In this document: positions 15,896-23,017 of the stretch, piece by piece | How positions within the stretch are numbered: position 1 is the stretch's first letter | How the letters are laid out: the number at the start of each line of letters is the position of its first letter | Source: an uncultured bacterium | Lineage (GTDB): Bacteria > RBG-13-66-14 > B26-G2 > WVWN01 | Direction: 5' to 3' | NCBI GenBank assembly: GCA_964547385.1 | Contig: CAZJNB010000004.1 | Coordinates: forward strand, 1-24,263 | DNA length: 24,263 nt | Notes under the pieces: generated by a model | The model's input: the letters and a program-made list of their open reading frames with translations, nothing else | What the model was told of the DNA's origin: nothing | Databases searched by the model: none | Position numbers and translations under genes: made by a program

Positions 15896-17338
15896 TTAGA
15901 CCTGGGTGCCGTGGGGCGTGAACTCTTTCTTGAACAGCGACGTCAGGAGGAAGGCGAAGCCGCCGGCGAGGAGGACCTTGAGGTCCGTCCAGCTCCGGAT
16001 CATCTTCAGGCGTTTCCACATATAACCAGGGCGGCGGTAGAAGCGCTTGAACGCCAGGCGCCGGACCTCCTGGAGCTGTTCGCGGGTCATCGTGAAGGGG
16101 ACGAAGGCGCACCCCTCGAACGTGTAGTCGAGGACGTTGTCCGTCGGTATCCGGCCGTATCGCTCGTGGTGCTCGTAGAGCTCGGCGCCCGGGAACGGCG
16201 CCAGCGCGTGGAAGTTGACGATGTCGGCGTCGATATCGATCGCGAATTGTATCGACGCCAGCGCGTCCTCGTAGGTCTCGCCGGGCGCGCCGAAGATGAA
16301 GGGCGTAACGGTCCACAGGCCCGCGTCGCGCGCCCACGCCACCGCCTGGCGGTTCTGCTCGACGGTCGTCCCTTTCCCCAACGCGTCGAGGCTCGACTGG
16401 ACGCCGGACTCGATGCCGTAGAGAATTCCCCAGAACTTCGCCCTCTTCATCTTATGGAGGATGTCGCGGTCGATGTTATCGACGCGCGCCGAGCCGTAGA
16501 ACGTCAGGTCGTAGTCGCGCTCGATAATGCCGTCGAGGATGGCGTGAATCCGCTCCTTGTCGTAGACCAGGTTGTCGTCGAAGAAGCGAATTTCCTTGAC
16601 GCCGTAAGTTGTGTAGATATGGTCTATCTCTTCGAGGACCTTCGCGGCGCTACGGGAGCGCCACTCGCCCTCGGCGTTTAACTGCCAACAGAAGATGCAT
16701 TCGCCGTTACAGCCGCGGGACGTATACATATACATCGCCGGCAGGCGGCGGTAGCTCCCCAGCGGCGGGACGTAGCGTCCAACGTCGTCCAGGAGGTCGC
16801 GCGCCGGCAAGGGCAGGGCGTCGATGTCCTCGATGCGCGGCCGCGGCGGATTGAGGTGCACCTCGCCGTCGTCGCGGTAGGCGATGCCCTCGACGCCGGC
16901 GAGGTCGCCGCCCGCCGCCAACGTCCGCGCGAGGACGTCGCCCGTCACTTCGCCCTCGCCGACCGTAACGCTGTCGGCGTACGGCGCCTTGCGGAGGACC
17001 CGGTCCTTCCAGCCGCTCGCGAGCGGCCCGCCGACGTTGACGTGGACGCCCGGCATCTCGCGGCGGATGCGCTCGGCGAGCCGGTTCATCGACGCCCATA
17101 AAAACGTCGTAAGGTACATCCCCACCATCGCCGGCCCGAACGCCTTGAGCTCGGCCATCATCTCGTCGGTGGTCATAAAGCCGCCGTCGAAGAAGCGGAC
17201 GTCGTGGCCCCGTTCGCGGAGCGCCGCGGCGACGGACAACAGCCCGAGCGGATGCCACCGGCCGCCGACGAACAGGCCCAAATTGCCGGTGAAGACTTCC
17301 TTAACGGTCCAGGGCGGAAAACAGAGCGCGATTTTCAT
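15896..17338 (-). CDS. Cobalamin (B12)-binding domain radical SAM enzyme (class B rSAM), paralog 1.
   Basis: The N-terminal B12-binding Rossmann-like domain reads MKIALCFPPW...WHPLGLLSVAAALRERGHDVRFFDG. The radical SAM cluster motif is SRGCNGECIFC (CxxxCxxC). The shared C-terminal region includes YGIESG...LGKGTTV...PFPGAELY...FYRRPGYMWKRL. The C-terminus is hydrophobic (LLAGGFAFLLTSLF). AAGG lies about 8 nt upstream of the ATG. Confidence 0.85.
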   Translation of the reverse strand: MKIALCFPPWTVKEVFTGNLGLFVGGRWHPLGLLSVAAALRERGHDVRFFDGGFMTTDEMMAELKAFGPAMVGMYLTTFLWASMNRLAERIRREMPGVHVNVGGPLASGWKDRVLRKAPYADSVTVGEGEVTGDVLARTLAAGGDLAGVEGIAYRDDGEVHLNPPRPRIEDIDALPLPARDLLDDVGRYVPPLGSYRRLPAMYMYTSRGCNGECIFCWQLNAEGEWRSRSAAKVLEEIDHIYTTYGVKEIRFFDDNLVYDKERIHAILDGIIERDYDLTFYGSARVDNIDRDILHKMKRAKFWGILYGIESGVQSSLDALGKGTTVEQNRQAVAWARDAGLWTVTPFIFGAPGETYEDALASIQFAIDIDADIVNFHALAPFPGAELYEHHERYGRIPTDNVLDYTFEGCAFVPFTMTREQLQEVRRLAFKRFYRRPGYMWKRLKMIRSWTDLKVLLAGGFAFLLTSLFKKEFTPHGTQV

Positions 17339-17411
17339 AACCTAACCTTATTATTATAACATAGCTCTTGCGCCGGCACCCAACGAGGGCCCCGGTGCTT
17401 CGGCTGAGCTC

Positions 17412-18668
17412 CTACCTCCAGATCTTCCGGGCGATGCTCACTAATAATATGGTGTAGGAGACGATAGCGAACGAACCCTCCAGCCCGGCGGCGACCTTCG
17501 CCCAACCGTAGGGCTCGTACGACGTAAAGCCCAGCTTCGTGAGCGTAACGAACGAGAAGTAGAGGCACCGTTGGAGGCTGGCCCAGCTCAGGTCCGCGAG
17601 CGGCGCGACGCTGCCGCCCGGGTCCAGATAGCTTACGACGCCGACGCCGAGGCCGCCGAAGAACGGCAACAGGTAGTAATAGAGGGAGAAGAGGGCCCAC
17701 GCGCCGATAAGGGCGTAGGCTACCCGCCACGGCTTCGTCCCGTAGCCCGCGTAGAAGTCCAGGAAGACGAAGTCGAGCGCGTGCCGGAAGAGCGCCCACG
17801 GCCGCCAGTCCTTGCGGCCGCGCAGCCGGCCGCGGCGCCGGGCGACCATCTCCCGGTAGAGCGCCGTCTCCGCCAACCCCGAGCGGCCGAACTGACGGAA
17901 GTTTAATTTGAGCTCCGCGTAGACCTCCGCGGCGTCGTCGAACTTGCCCTCCTCGTCGTTTTTCACAATAAGGTCGTCCGGCAGGACCGCGCGTCCTAAA
18001 TCCGTCTCCCGGAAAAGGGCGCCGTAGAGGTCGGCGCGCCTTAGGTCCGCGCCGCCGACGTCGCAGTTCTCCAACCGGGCGCCGACAAACGCCGCGCCGG
18101 CGCAGTCCGCCCGCCGCAGGGAGACGCGCCGGAGGCCGGCGCCGGCCAGGTCCGCGTCTTTCAGGCACGCCCCGGCCAAGTCCGTATCCTCGACTTCCGC
18201 GTGGCTAAGCCGGGCGCCGGCGAAGTCGCTCTGCGTCAGCGTCGTCTCTCGGAAGCGCGCGCGCGAGAGGTCCGCGCCGCGCAGGTTCGCGAACGGCATA
18301 TCGGCGCCCGAAAAATCGGCGTGGGCGAGCCTCGCGCCGCGGAGCGTCGCCCCCTCCATCTCGGCGTCGGTGAAGTCCGCGCCCGCGAAGTCGCCGCCGG
18401 CGAAGTCCGCGCCCCGTAGGTTCGCGCCGGCGAAGTTCGGCCGCGGGCCCGCGACCGAGACGAGCCTCGCGCCCTGTAAGTTTAACCCCGCCAAGCCCGC
18501 GAGCGACGCCGCTTTCGCCCGCAGACTCTCCACGTAGGCGTCCTGGTCGGGGAGATGCGCCCAACAGTGGCGCGCAAAACTCAGCGCGCTCGCGGTGCAC
18601 TCGGCGTGGCTACACGCCGGCCGCTCCGACCAGTGTTCGTCCCGCATCTCGTCGTTTGCCTCAGCCAT
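17412..18668 (-). CDS. Pentapeptide-repeat protein fused to a C-terminal 2-TM potassium-channel-like pore domain whose selectivity filter is non-canonical.
   Basis: The start is the ATG at 18668, which overlaps the upstream TAA by 1 nt (TAATG) and has GGGGGGAG upstream. The track start at 18767 has no support. The N-terminus is Cys/His-rich (CSHAEC...HCWAH). About 200 aa of A(D/N)LxG-type pentapeptide repeats follow (GANLRGADFAGGDFAGADFTDAEMEGATLRGARLAHADFSGADM...). Then come TM1, a pore helix with filter-like CLYFSFVTLTKLGFTSYEP (canonical channels read ...FSFVTLTTVGYGD), and TM2. Confidence 0.75.
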   Translation of the reverse strand: MAEANDEMRDEHWSERPACSHAECTASALSFARHCWAHLPDQDAYVESLRAKAASLAGLAGLNLQGARLVSVAGPRPNFAGANLRGADFAGGDFAGADFTDAEMEGATLRGARLAHADFSGADMPFANLRGADLSRARFRETTLTQSDFAGARLSHAEVEDTDLAGACLKDADLAGAGLRRVSLRRADCAGAAFVGARLENCDVGGADLRRADLYGALFRETDLGRAVLPDDLIVKNDEEGKFDDAAEVYAELKLNFRQFGRSGLAETALYREMVARRRGRLRGRKDWRPWALFRHALDFVFLDFYAGYGTKPWRVAYALIGAWALFSLYYYLLPFFGGLGVGVVSYLDPGGSVAPLADLSWASLQRCLYFSFVTLTKLGFTSYEPYGWAKVAAGLEGSFAIVSYTILLVSIARKIWR

Positions 18669-20104
18669 TACGCTCCCCCCAAGACGTAACGCCGCACTAC
18701 GTCCGCGCCGGCCTTCGCGGCCCGCGCCAGGTCCGCCGGCGAGCGGACCCGCCGCAGACGCCGCCACACGTAGCCGGGCCGAAGGTAGAATTCCCGGTAA
18801 GCCTTCCTTATGTAATACTCAAGCAGAGCCGCGTCGCCGTAGACCGCGCGCCGCGCGTCGTAGCCGGCGAAGCCGTCTCCCAACGTCGCCTTCACTTGTT
18901 CATAGAACTCGGTCCCCGGGTAGGGCGTCGCGACGTTGAAGGAGGCGAACGCCGCGTCCAACTCCTTCGCGAGCTCGACCGTCGCGCGCATATCCTCGGC
19001 CTCCTCGCCCAGGTTGCCGAACATAAAGAACGCCGCGGCCTCCAGGCCGACGCGCGCCGTCATCTCGAACGCCCGCCGCGCCTGCGCCACCGTCGTCCCC
19101 TTTCCCATCCGCGCCAACACTTTCGGCGAGCCGGACTCGACGCCGTAGATAACCAGATAACAACCGGCGCGCCGAAGCGCCGCCAACATCTCCTCGTCCA
19201 CGGTGTCGACCCGCGACATACACATCCAGGAGAACGCCAGGCCGGCGCGCTCGATGCGCCCGCAGATGTCCATCACCCGCCGCTTGCCGATGGTGAACGT
19301 GTCGTCCCAAAAGCCGACTTGGCGCACGCCTTCCTCCTCCACCATCTCGCGCAATTCCGCGAGGACGTCGCCGGCGGAACGGAACCTTATCTTCCGGCCG
19401 TAATAGGCGCCCGTCGAACAGTAATTACACCGATAGGGGCAACCCCGCGACGTCAATATTATATCGAAACGACCGGAGCGTATAAACGGCGGCTCGTAGC
19501 GGTAGGGGCGAAAGAAACGCCGCGCCGGGTGGGGTAGCTCGTCCAACGACGCCAAGAGCGGCCGCGCCGGGTTGTGGACTACGCCGCCGTCCTCCCGCCG
19601 GCTCAGGCCGGCTACGGCCGCGAGGGGAATCTCCCCGGCGACCGCGCGCGCGAGCTCCGCGCACGTCGCCTCCGGCTCGCCGCGGATGACGAAGTCGGCG
19701 CCCGGCGCCGCAAAGCCGTCGGCCGGCCGCGCCGTAACGTGGGTCCCCATCACGGCCGTCCGCGTCGTGGGCGAAACCTCCTTCGCCGCGGCGAGAAACG
19801 CCAGGTCGCGCGCTACCGTGGAGGTCCCGGCGGCGACGTATAATAGGTCCGGCTTCGCCGCGGCCACCGCGGCCAATATCTCCTCGGGCGGATTTCGGCC
19901 CGCGACCGCGTCGACCAAATCCACCTCGGCGCCGGCCCACCGTTCCACCGCGGCGGCGCAATACGCCAAGCCGAGCGGCGGCACGACGTAGTCCGTCTTC
20001 GTGAAGATACCCGCGCACCGCGCCAGGACCGCGTCCGTCTGCGTCGCGAAGTCGCCCGGCCCGAGCGGCGGCACCAGGAAGAGGGCTGTGAGGGTGCCCG
20101 TCAT
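18668..20104 (-). CDS. Cobalamin (B12)-binding domain radical SAM enzyme (class B rSAM), paralog 2.
   Basis: The B12-binding domain includes PPLGLAYCAAAVERWAGAEVDLVD. The cluster motif is SRGCPYRCNYC (CxxxCxxC). It is collinear with paralog 1 at YGVESG...MGKGTTV...PYPGTEFY...FYLRPGYVWRRLRRVRS. The ATG at 20104 overlaps the upstream TGA by 4 nt (ATGA). Confidence 0.85.
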   Translation of the reverse strand: MTGTLTALFLVPPLGPGDFATQTDAVLARCAGIFTKTDYVVPPLGLAYCAAAVERWAGAEVDLVDAVAGRNPPEEILAAVAAAKPDLLYVAAGTSTVARDLAFLAAAKEVSPTTRTAVMGTHVTARPADGFAAPGADFVIRGEPEATCAELARAVAGEIPLAAVAGLSRREDGGVVHNPARPLLASLDELPHPARRFFRPYRYEPPFIRSGRFDIILTSRGCPYRCNYCSTGAYYGRKIRFRSAGDVLAELREMVEEEGVRQVGFWDDTFTIGKRRVMDICGRIERAGLAFSWMCMSRVDTVDEEMLAALRRAGCYLVIYGVESGSPKVLARMGKGTTVAQARRAFEMTARVGLEAAAFFMFGNLGEEAEDMRATVELAKELDAAFASFNVATPYPGTEFYEQVKATLGDGFAGYDARRAVYGDAALLEYYIRKAYREFYLRPGYVWRRLRRVRSPADLARAAKAGADVVRRYVLGGA

Positions 20105-20814
20105 TTCTCCAATTTATATATCACCGCGCCGCCGGGGACGAAGTTGAAGAGGAACGCGTCCCAGGCGGTGAGCCATATCCGGACGGCGTTCGCCGCCCGG
20201 GCCCACGGACGCCGTAATAACTCCTCTTTGTTTTCACGCCGCCCGCCCGAGCCGCCTGCGGCCCGCCGCCGGACCAGCAGAGCCGCCAACGGCTGGAACA
20301 GGTGCTTGAAGTAGCGGCGCCTTCTTATCGTTAGGCCCGCGGCCGTGAACGCGGCCTTCCACTCCCGCGGCGTGAGCCGGCTGTGGTGGCCGTCCGCCAG
20401 GTCGTCCGCGTCCAGGCGCGGTTGGCCCGGCGCCGGCCTAAGCCATCGTCTTAGATAGACGCCGAAACAGGACGAGTTGACCAGCGCTACCGCGCCCGGC
20501 TTCATCACCCGGGCCGCCTCGGCGAGGGCGACGGCGACGTCTCCGGGCGCGAGGTGCTCCAATACGTCGGAAAATAATACCACGTCCGCGGCGCCGCCGC
20601 GAAGCGGGAGTCGCCGGGCATCGCCTACGACCGCGGCGAGGCCGCGCGCCCGGGCAACGGCGAGCGCCGAGGCAACGCAGTCCACGACGACCCTGCGCCC
20701 TGCGCCGGGCCACCGCGCCGCGAAGTACCCTTCGCCGCCGCCTACGTCGATGAGCGTATCGTAGTCCCCCGGGCCCGCGAAACGCCTAAGCGTCCGCCAT
20801 ACGAACCACCCCAA
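20101..20814 (-). CDS. Class I SAM-dependent methyltransferase (Methyltransf_11/25-like). The 5' end is uncertain.
   Basis: Motif I is LIDVGGGEGYF. The acidic beta2 end is VVVDC. Motif II is VVLFSDVLEHL. Motif III is MKPGAVALVN. The only canonical start is the TTG at 20814, which has no Shine-Dalgarno motif. The frame stays open upstream to 20937, and that upstream stretch has an AAGGAA but no ATG, GTG or TTG. Confidence 0.75.
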   Translation of the reverse strand: MGWFVWRTLRRFAGPGDYDTLIDVGGGEGYFAARWPGAGRRVVVDCVASALAVARARGLAAVVGDARRLPLRGGAADVVLFSDVLEHLAPGDVAVALAEAARVMKPGAVALVNSSCFGVYLRRWLRPAPGQPRLDADDLADGHHSRLTPREWKAAFTAAGLTIRRRRYFKHLFQPLAALLVRRRAAGGSGGRRENKEELLRRPWARAANAVRIWLTAWDAFLFNFVPGGAVIYKLEK

Positions 20815-20922
20815 AGGCCCGAGGGCGTGCTTCGGCGGTAACGTGTCGCTTAGCCGCCACCGCCCGCCGGCGTAGAGCCGCTCGCTCTCTCGCCGGGCGT
20901 AGTCGCCAATTTCCTTTGTCGT

Positions 20923-20956
20923 AGCTATACGGCTATATTATAATTAAAAACGAGGT
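20923..20956. promoter_or_regulatory. AT-rich divergent promoter region between the rSAM operon and the BatA-like gene. TATAAT-like hexamers are present on both strands.
   Basis: tagctatacggctatattataattaaaaacgagg is the only AT-rich island between two divergently oriented gene blocks. Confidence 0.35.
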
Positions 20957-20977
20957 CGCCCGCAACCGCGACGTCCT

Positions 20978-22999
20978 ATGGCGATAGCATTCGAGCCCCT
21001 ATCCTATTGGTGGCTAGCGGCGGTGGCGGCGGCGCTGGCCGCCGCGGCCGCGGCCTACGGCGCCCTCCGCCTCCGCGGGTTGGTCGCGGCCCGCTCGTGG
21101 GTACTATTCCTACTCTTACGGCTCGGCGCCGTCGCCGCGGTAATACTTTACGTGCTCGGGCCCGCGGTCGAGTTCCGCGGCGCGGCCCGCGTCGGTCCGC
21201 CGGTCGCGGTCCTGGTGGACTCGTCGGCGAGTATGGACTTCGCGGCCGGCGGCCAACCGCGCCTCGCCGGGGCGCTGGCCGTCGCGCGCGGCGTCGCCGC
21301 CGCGGTGCAGGCGAACGGCGGGTCCTATCGGTTCTACGACTTCGCCGCGGCGCGCCGGCCCTGGGGCGAATACGTCCCCGACGAGGCCGCGGTGAAGGAA
21401 GGCCCGCGCGCCCGCACCGACGCGGGCGGCGCCCTCGCCGAGTTGGCCGCGCGTTTCGGCCCGGACGGCCTGGCGGCCGTCGTCGTATTGAGCGACGGCG
21501 CTTGGGACGCGCCGCCCGCGTCCGAAGGCCTACCTCCTTGCTTGACGATGGCGGTGGGCGTCGAGCCGCCGCCCGGCCGCGTCTTCATCACCGGCGTGGA
21601 CGCGCCCGCGACGGTTACCGCCGGAACTTCGTTCGACGTCCGCGTCCGATATTTCTCGACGCTCGGCGCCGGCGATACGGCCGCGGTTTCCGTCGCCGAA
21701 GGGGAGACGGCCGAACGAACGTACCGCCTGGCCGTCGGCCCGGGCCGGGGCGAGGTCCACGCGAAGGTGAAAGCGACCGGCCCCGGCGACCGATTCTACC
21801 GGCTCCGCGTCGCGCCGGGGGCGGGCGAGCGCTGGTTTCATACGCGTGTTCTGGCGAGGCCGCTCCGTATATGGTATTGGGAAATGGCGGGCGACGCCGA
21901 CTTCGCGTTCCTGCGGCGCGCGCTGGCGACGAACGCCGACTTCGACTTCGGCTACCGCCTGGACGTGGGCGACCGGAGCATATCCTCCGGCCGGCCCGCG
22001 CCCGCGGAAAGCGACATCGTCGTCGTAGGCAATCCGCGCGCGGCCAAGTTGACCGGTGCGGCCGGCGACGCGTTGGAACGCGTCGTCGCCGCGGGCGGCG
22101 GCCTCCTCTTCGTCATCACCGCGCGGCCGGTGGACCTCGCGGCGTTGACGTCCGGCGCTCTCGGGAGACTATTACCGGTGCGCGACGTCACCCAAGCAAA
22201 AGAAGTGCCGGGCGGGCCTTTGACGGCGACATCGCTCCCGGGCGCCGTAACGGTGGGGGCGGCGGCGCCGCGCGCGAGCCACGTCTGGCGCTTGGGCGTT
22301 CTGAAGGAGGGAGCGACGCCGGCGTGGCAGGCGCCGGACGGCACGCCCGCGCTGGTCTTTATGCCCTACGGCTTGGGGCGGGTGGCGCTGTTATCGGCGG
22401 GCGGTCTGTTCAAGTGGCAGCTCCGCGGCGGCGACGACGAAGCCGAGCTGGCCGCGGCGCTCGTCCTCTCGCTCTACCAGGAAGGGGCGCGGGCGCTCGC
22501 CGTAAGTCGCCGCATCGTCGCGCCGGGGGAGACGGTGGAGGTAACGTGTCGCGCCGCGGCGGAGCCGACGGCCTCGCTCGCCGGCCCGGGCGGCAACGTC
22601 CGCCCGCTGGCCCTCACGAACGTGGGTGCGGACTTGTGGGCCGGCGACGCCGAGTTGCCGCGGACGGGCCGCTACGAAGTTACGGCCCGGCTCCCGACCC
22701 CGAGCGGCGTCGACGTCGAGAAGGCGGCGATTATGGCGACGCCTTCCGCGGCGGAATACGCGGCGTTCCGGGCGCGGCCGGCGCCGCTACGGGCGTTGGC
22801 CGCGGCGACGGGCGGCCGCTATTTCGATGAGGGCGACGGCGCCGCGTTGGCCGCGGCGGCGGCCGACATCGTGCGGGCCGCGCCGCGGGAACGGACGCGA
22901 ACGCGCCGGCGGCTTTGGCCCGCGTGGCTCGCGTTTCCGGCGGCGCTGCTCTTCTTGCTGGGAGAGTGGATACTGAGACGGCGCGCCGGCCTACGGTAA
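20978..22999 (+). CDS. BatA-like membrane protein: N-terminal double-TM segment, a vWA (MIDAS DxSxS) domain, a ThuA/DJ-1-like (DUF4159-type) domain and a C-terminal TM anchor.
   Basis: The N-terminus is MAIAFEPLSYWWLAAVAAALAAAAAAYGALRL...VLFLLLRLGAVAAVILYVL (two TM helices). The MIDAS motif is VAVLVDSSASMDF. The middle region (DIVVVGNPRAAKLTGAAGDALERVVAAGGGLLFVI) resembles a class-I glutamine-amidotransferase-like fold. A terminal TM helix follows (WLAFPAALLFLLGEWIL). The track ORF 21007..22830 is an off-frame Arg/Gly-rich artefact of this same DNA. Confidence 0.7.
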   Translation: MAIAFEPLSYWWLAAVAAALAAAAAAYGALRLRGLVAARSWVLFLLLRLGAVAAVILYVLGPAVEFRGAARVGPPVAVLVDSSASMDFAAGGQPRLAGALAVARGVAAAVQANGGSYRFYDFAAARRPWGEYVPDEAAVKEGPRARTDAGGALAELAARFGPDGLAAVVVLSDGAWDAPPASEGLPPCLTMAVGVEPPPGRVFITGVDAPATVTAGTSFDVRVRYFSTLGAGDTAAVSVAEGETAERTYRLAVGPGRGEVHAKVKATGPGDRFYRLRVAPGAGERWFHTRVLARPLRIWYWEMAGDADFAFLRRALATNADFDFGYRLDVGDRSISSGRPAPAESDIVVVGNPRAAKLTGAAGDALERVVAAGGGLLFVITARPVDLAALTSGALGRLLPVRDVTQAKEVPGGPLTATSLPGAVTVGAAAPRASHVWRLGVLKEGATPAWQAPDGTPALVFMPYGLGRVALLSAGGLFKWQLRGGDDEAELAAALVLSLYQEGARALAVSRRIVAPGETVEVTCRAAAEPTASLAGPGGNVRPLALTNVGADLWAGDAELPRTGRYEVTARLPTPSGVDVEKAAIMATPSAAEYAAFRARPAPLRALAAATGGRYFDEGDGAALAAAAADIVRAAPRERTRTRRRLWPAWLAFPAALLFLLGEWILRRRAGLR

Positions 23000-23017
23000 G
23001 GTCGAGGAGGTTTGGCT

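Noticed and set aside
15692-15898. Programmed stop-codon readthrough fusing the rSAM and the downstream ORF.
   Set aside because: It is in frame and signal-peptide-like, but readthrough is rare in bacteria, a 1-in-3 chance frame coincidence is plausible, and a sequencing indel is the simpler explanation. I kept it as a finding to check rather than a claimed feature.
15762-18600. Arg/Pro-rich ORFs overlapping the rSAM and pentapeptide genes (15762..16337-, 15878..16681+, 16707..17258-, 17335..18168-, 18205..18600-).
   Set aside because: They are off-frame or antisense artefacts. The annotated frames contain the CxxxCxxC and pentapeptide signatures.
18669-18767. Upstream start (track 18767) for the pentapeptide/channel protein, adding MAASAAGPLAGGPGAGREGRRGRSAALRLGGSV.
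   Set aside because: The extension lies entirely inside the 3' end of the upstream rSAM gene. The ATG at 18668 has a strong GGGGGGAG Shine-Dalgarno motif and a coupled TAATG overlap.
15179-20814. Annotating the rSAM operon as a RiPP (ribosomal peptide) cluster.
   Set aside because: No candidate precursor-peptide ORF is present in or near the operon, no RiPP recognition element or leader peptidase gene is present, and no ABC exporter is found. A small-molecule or lipid substrate is more consistent, though still unproven.
21007-22830. 607-aa plus-strand ORF in another frame of the BatA-like gene (RG-rich).
   Set aside because: It has extreme Arg/Gly composition and no domains. The other frame carries the vWA MIDAS motif and TM helices.
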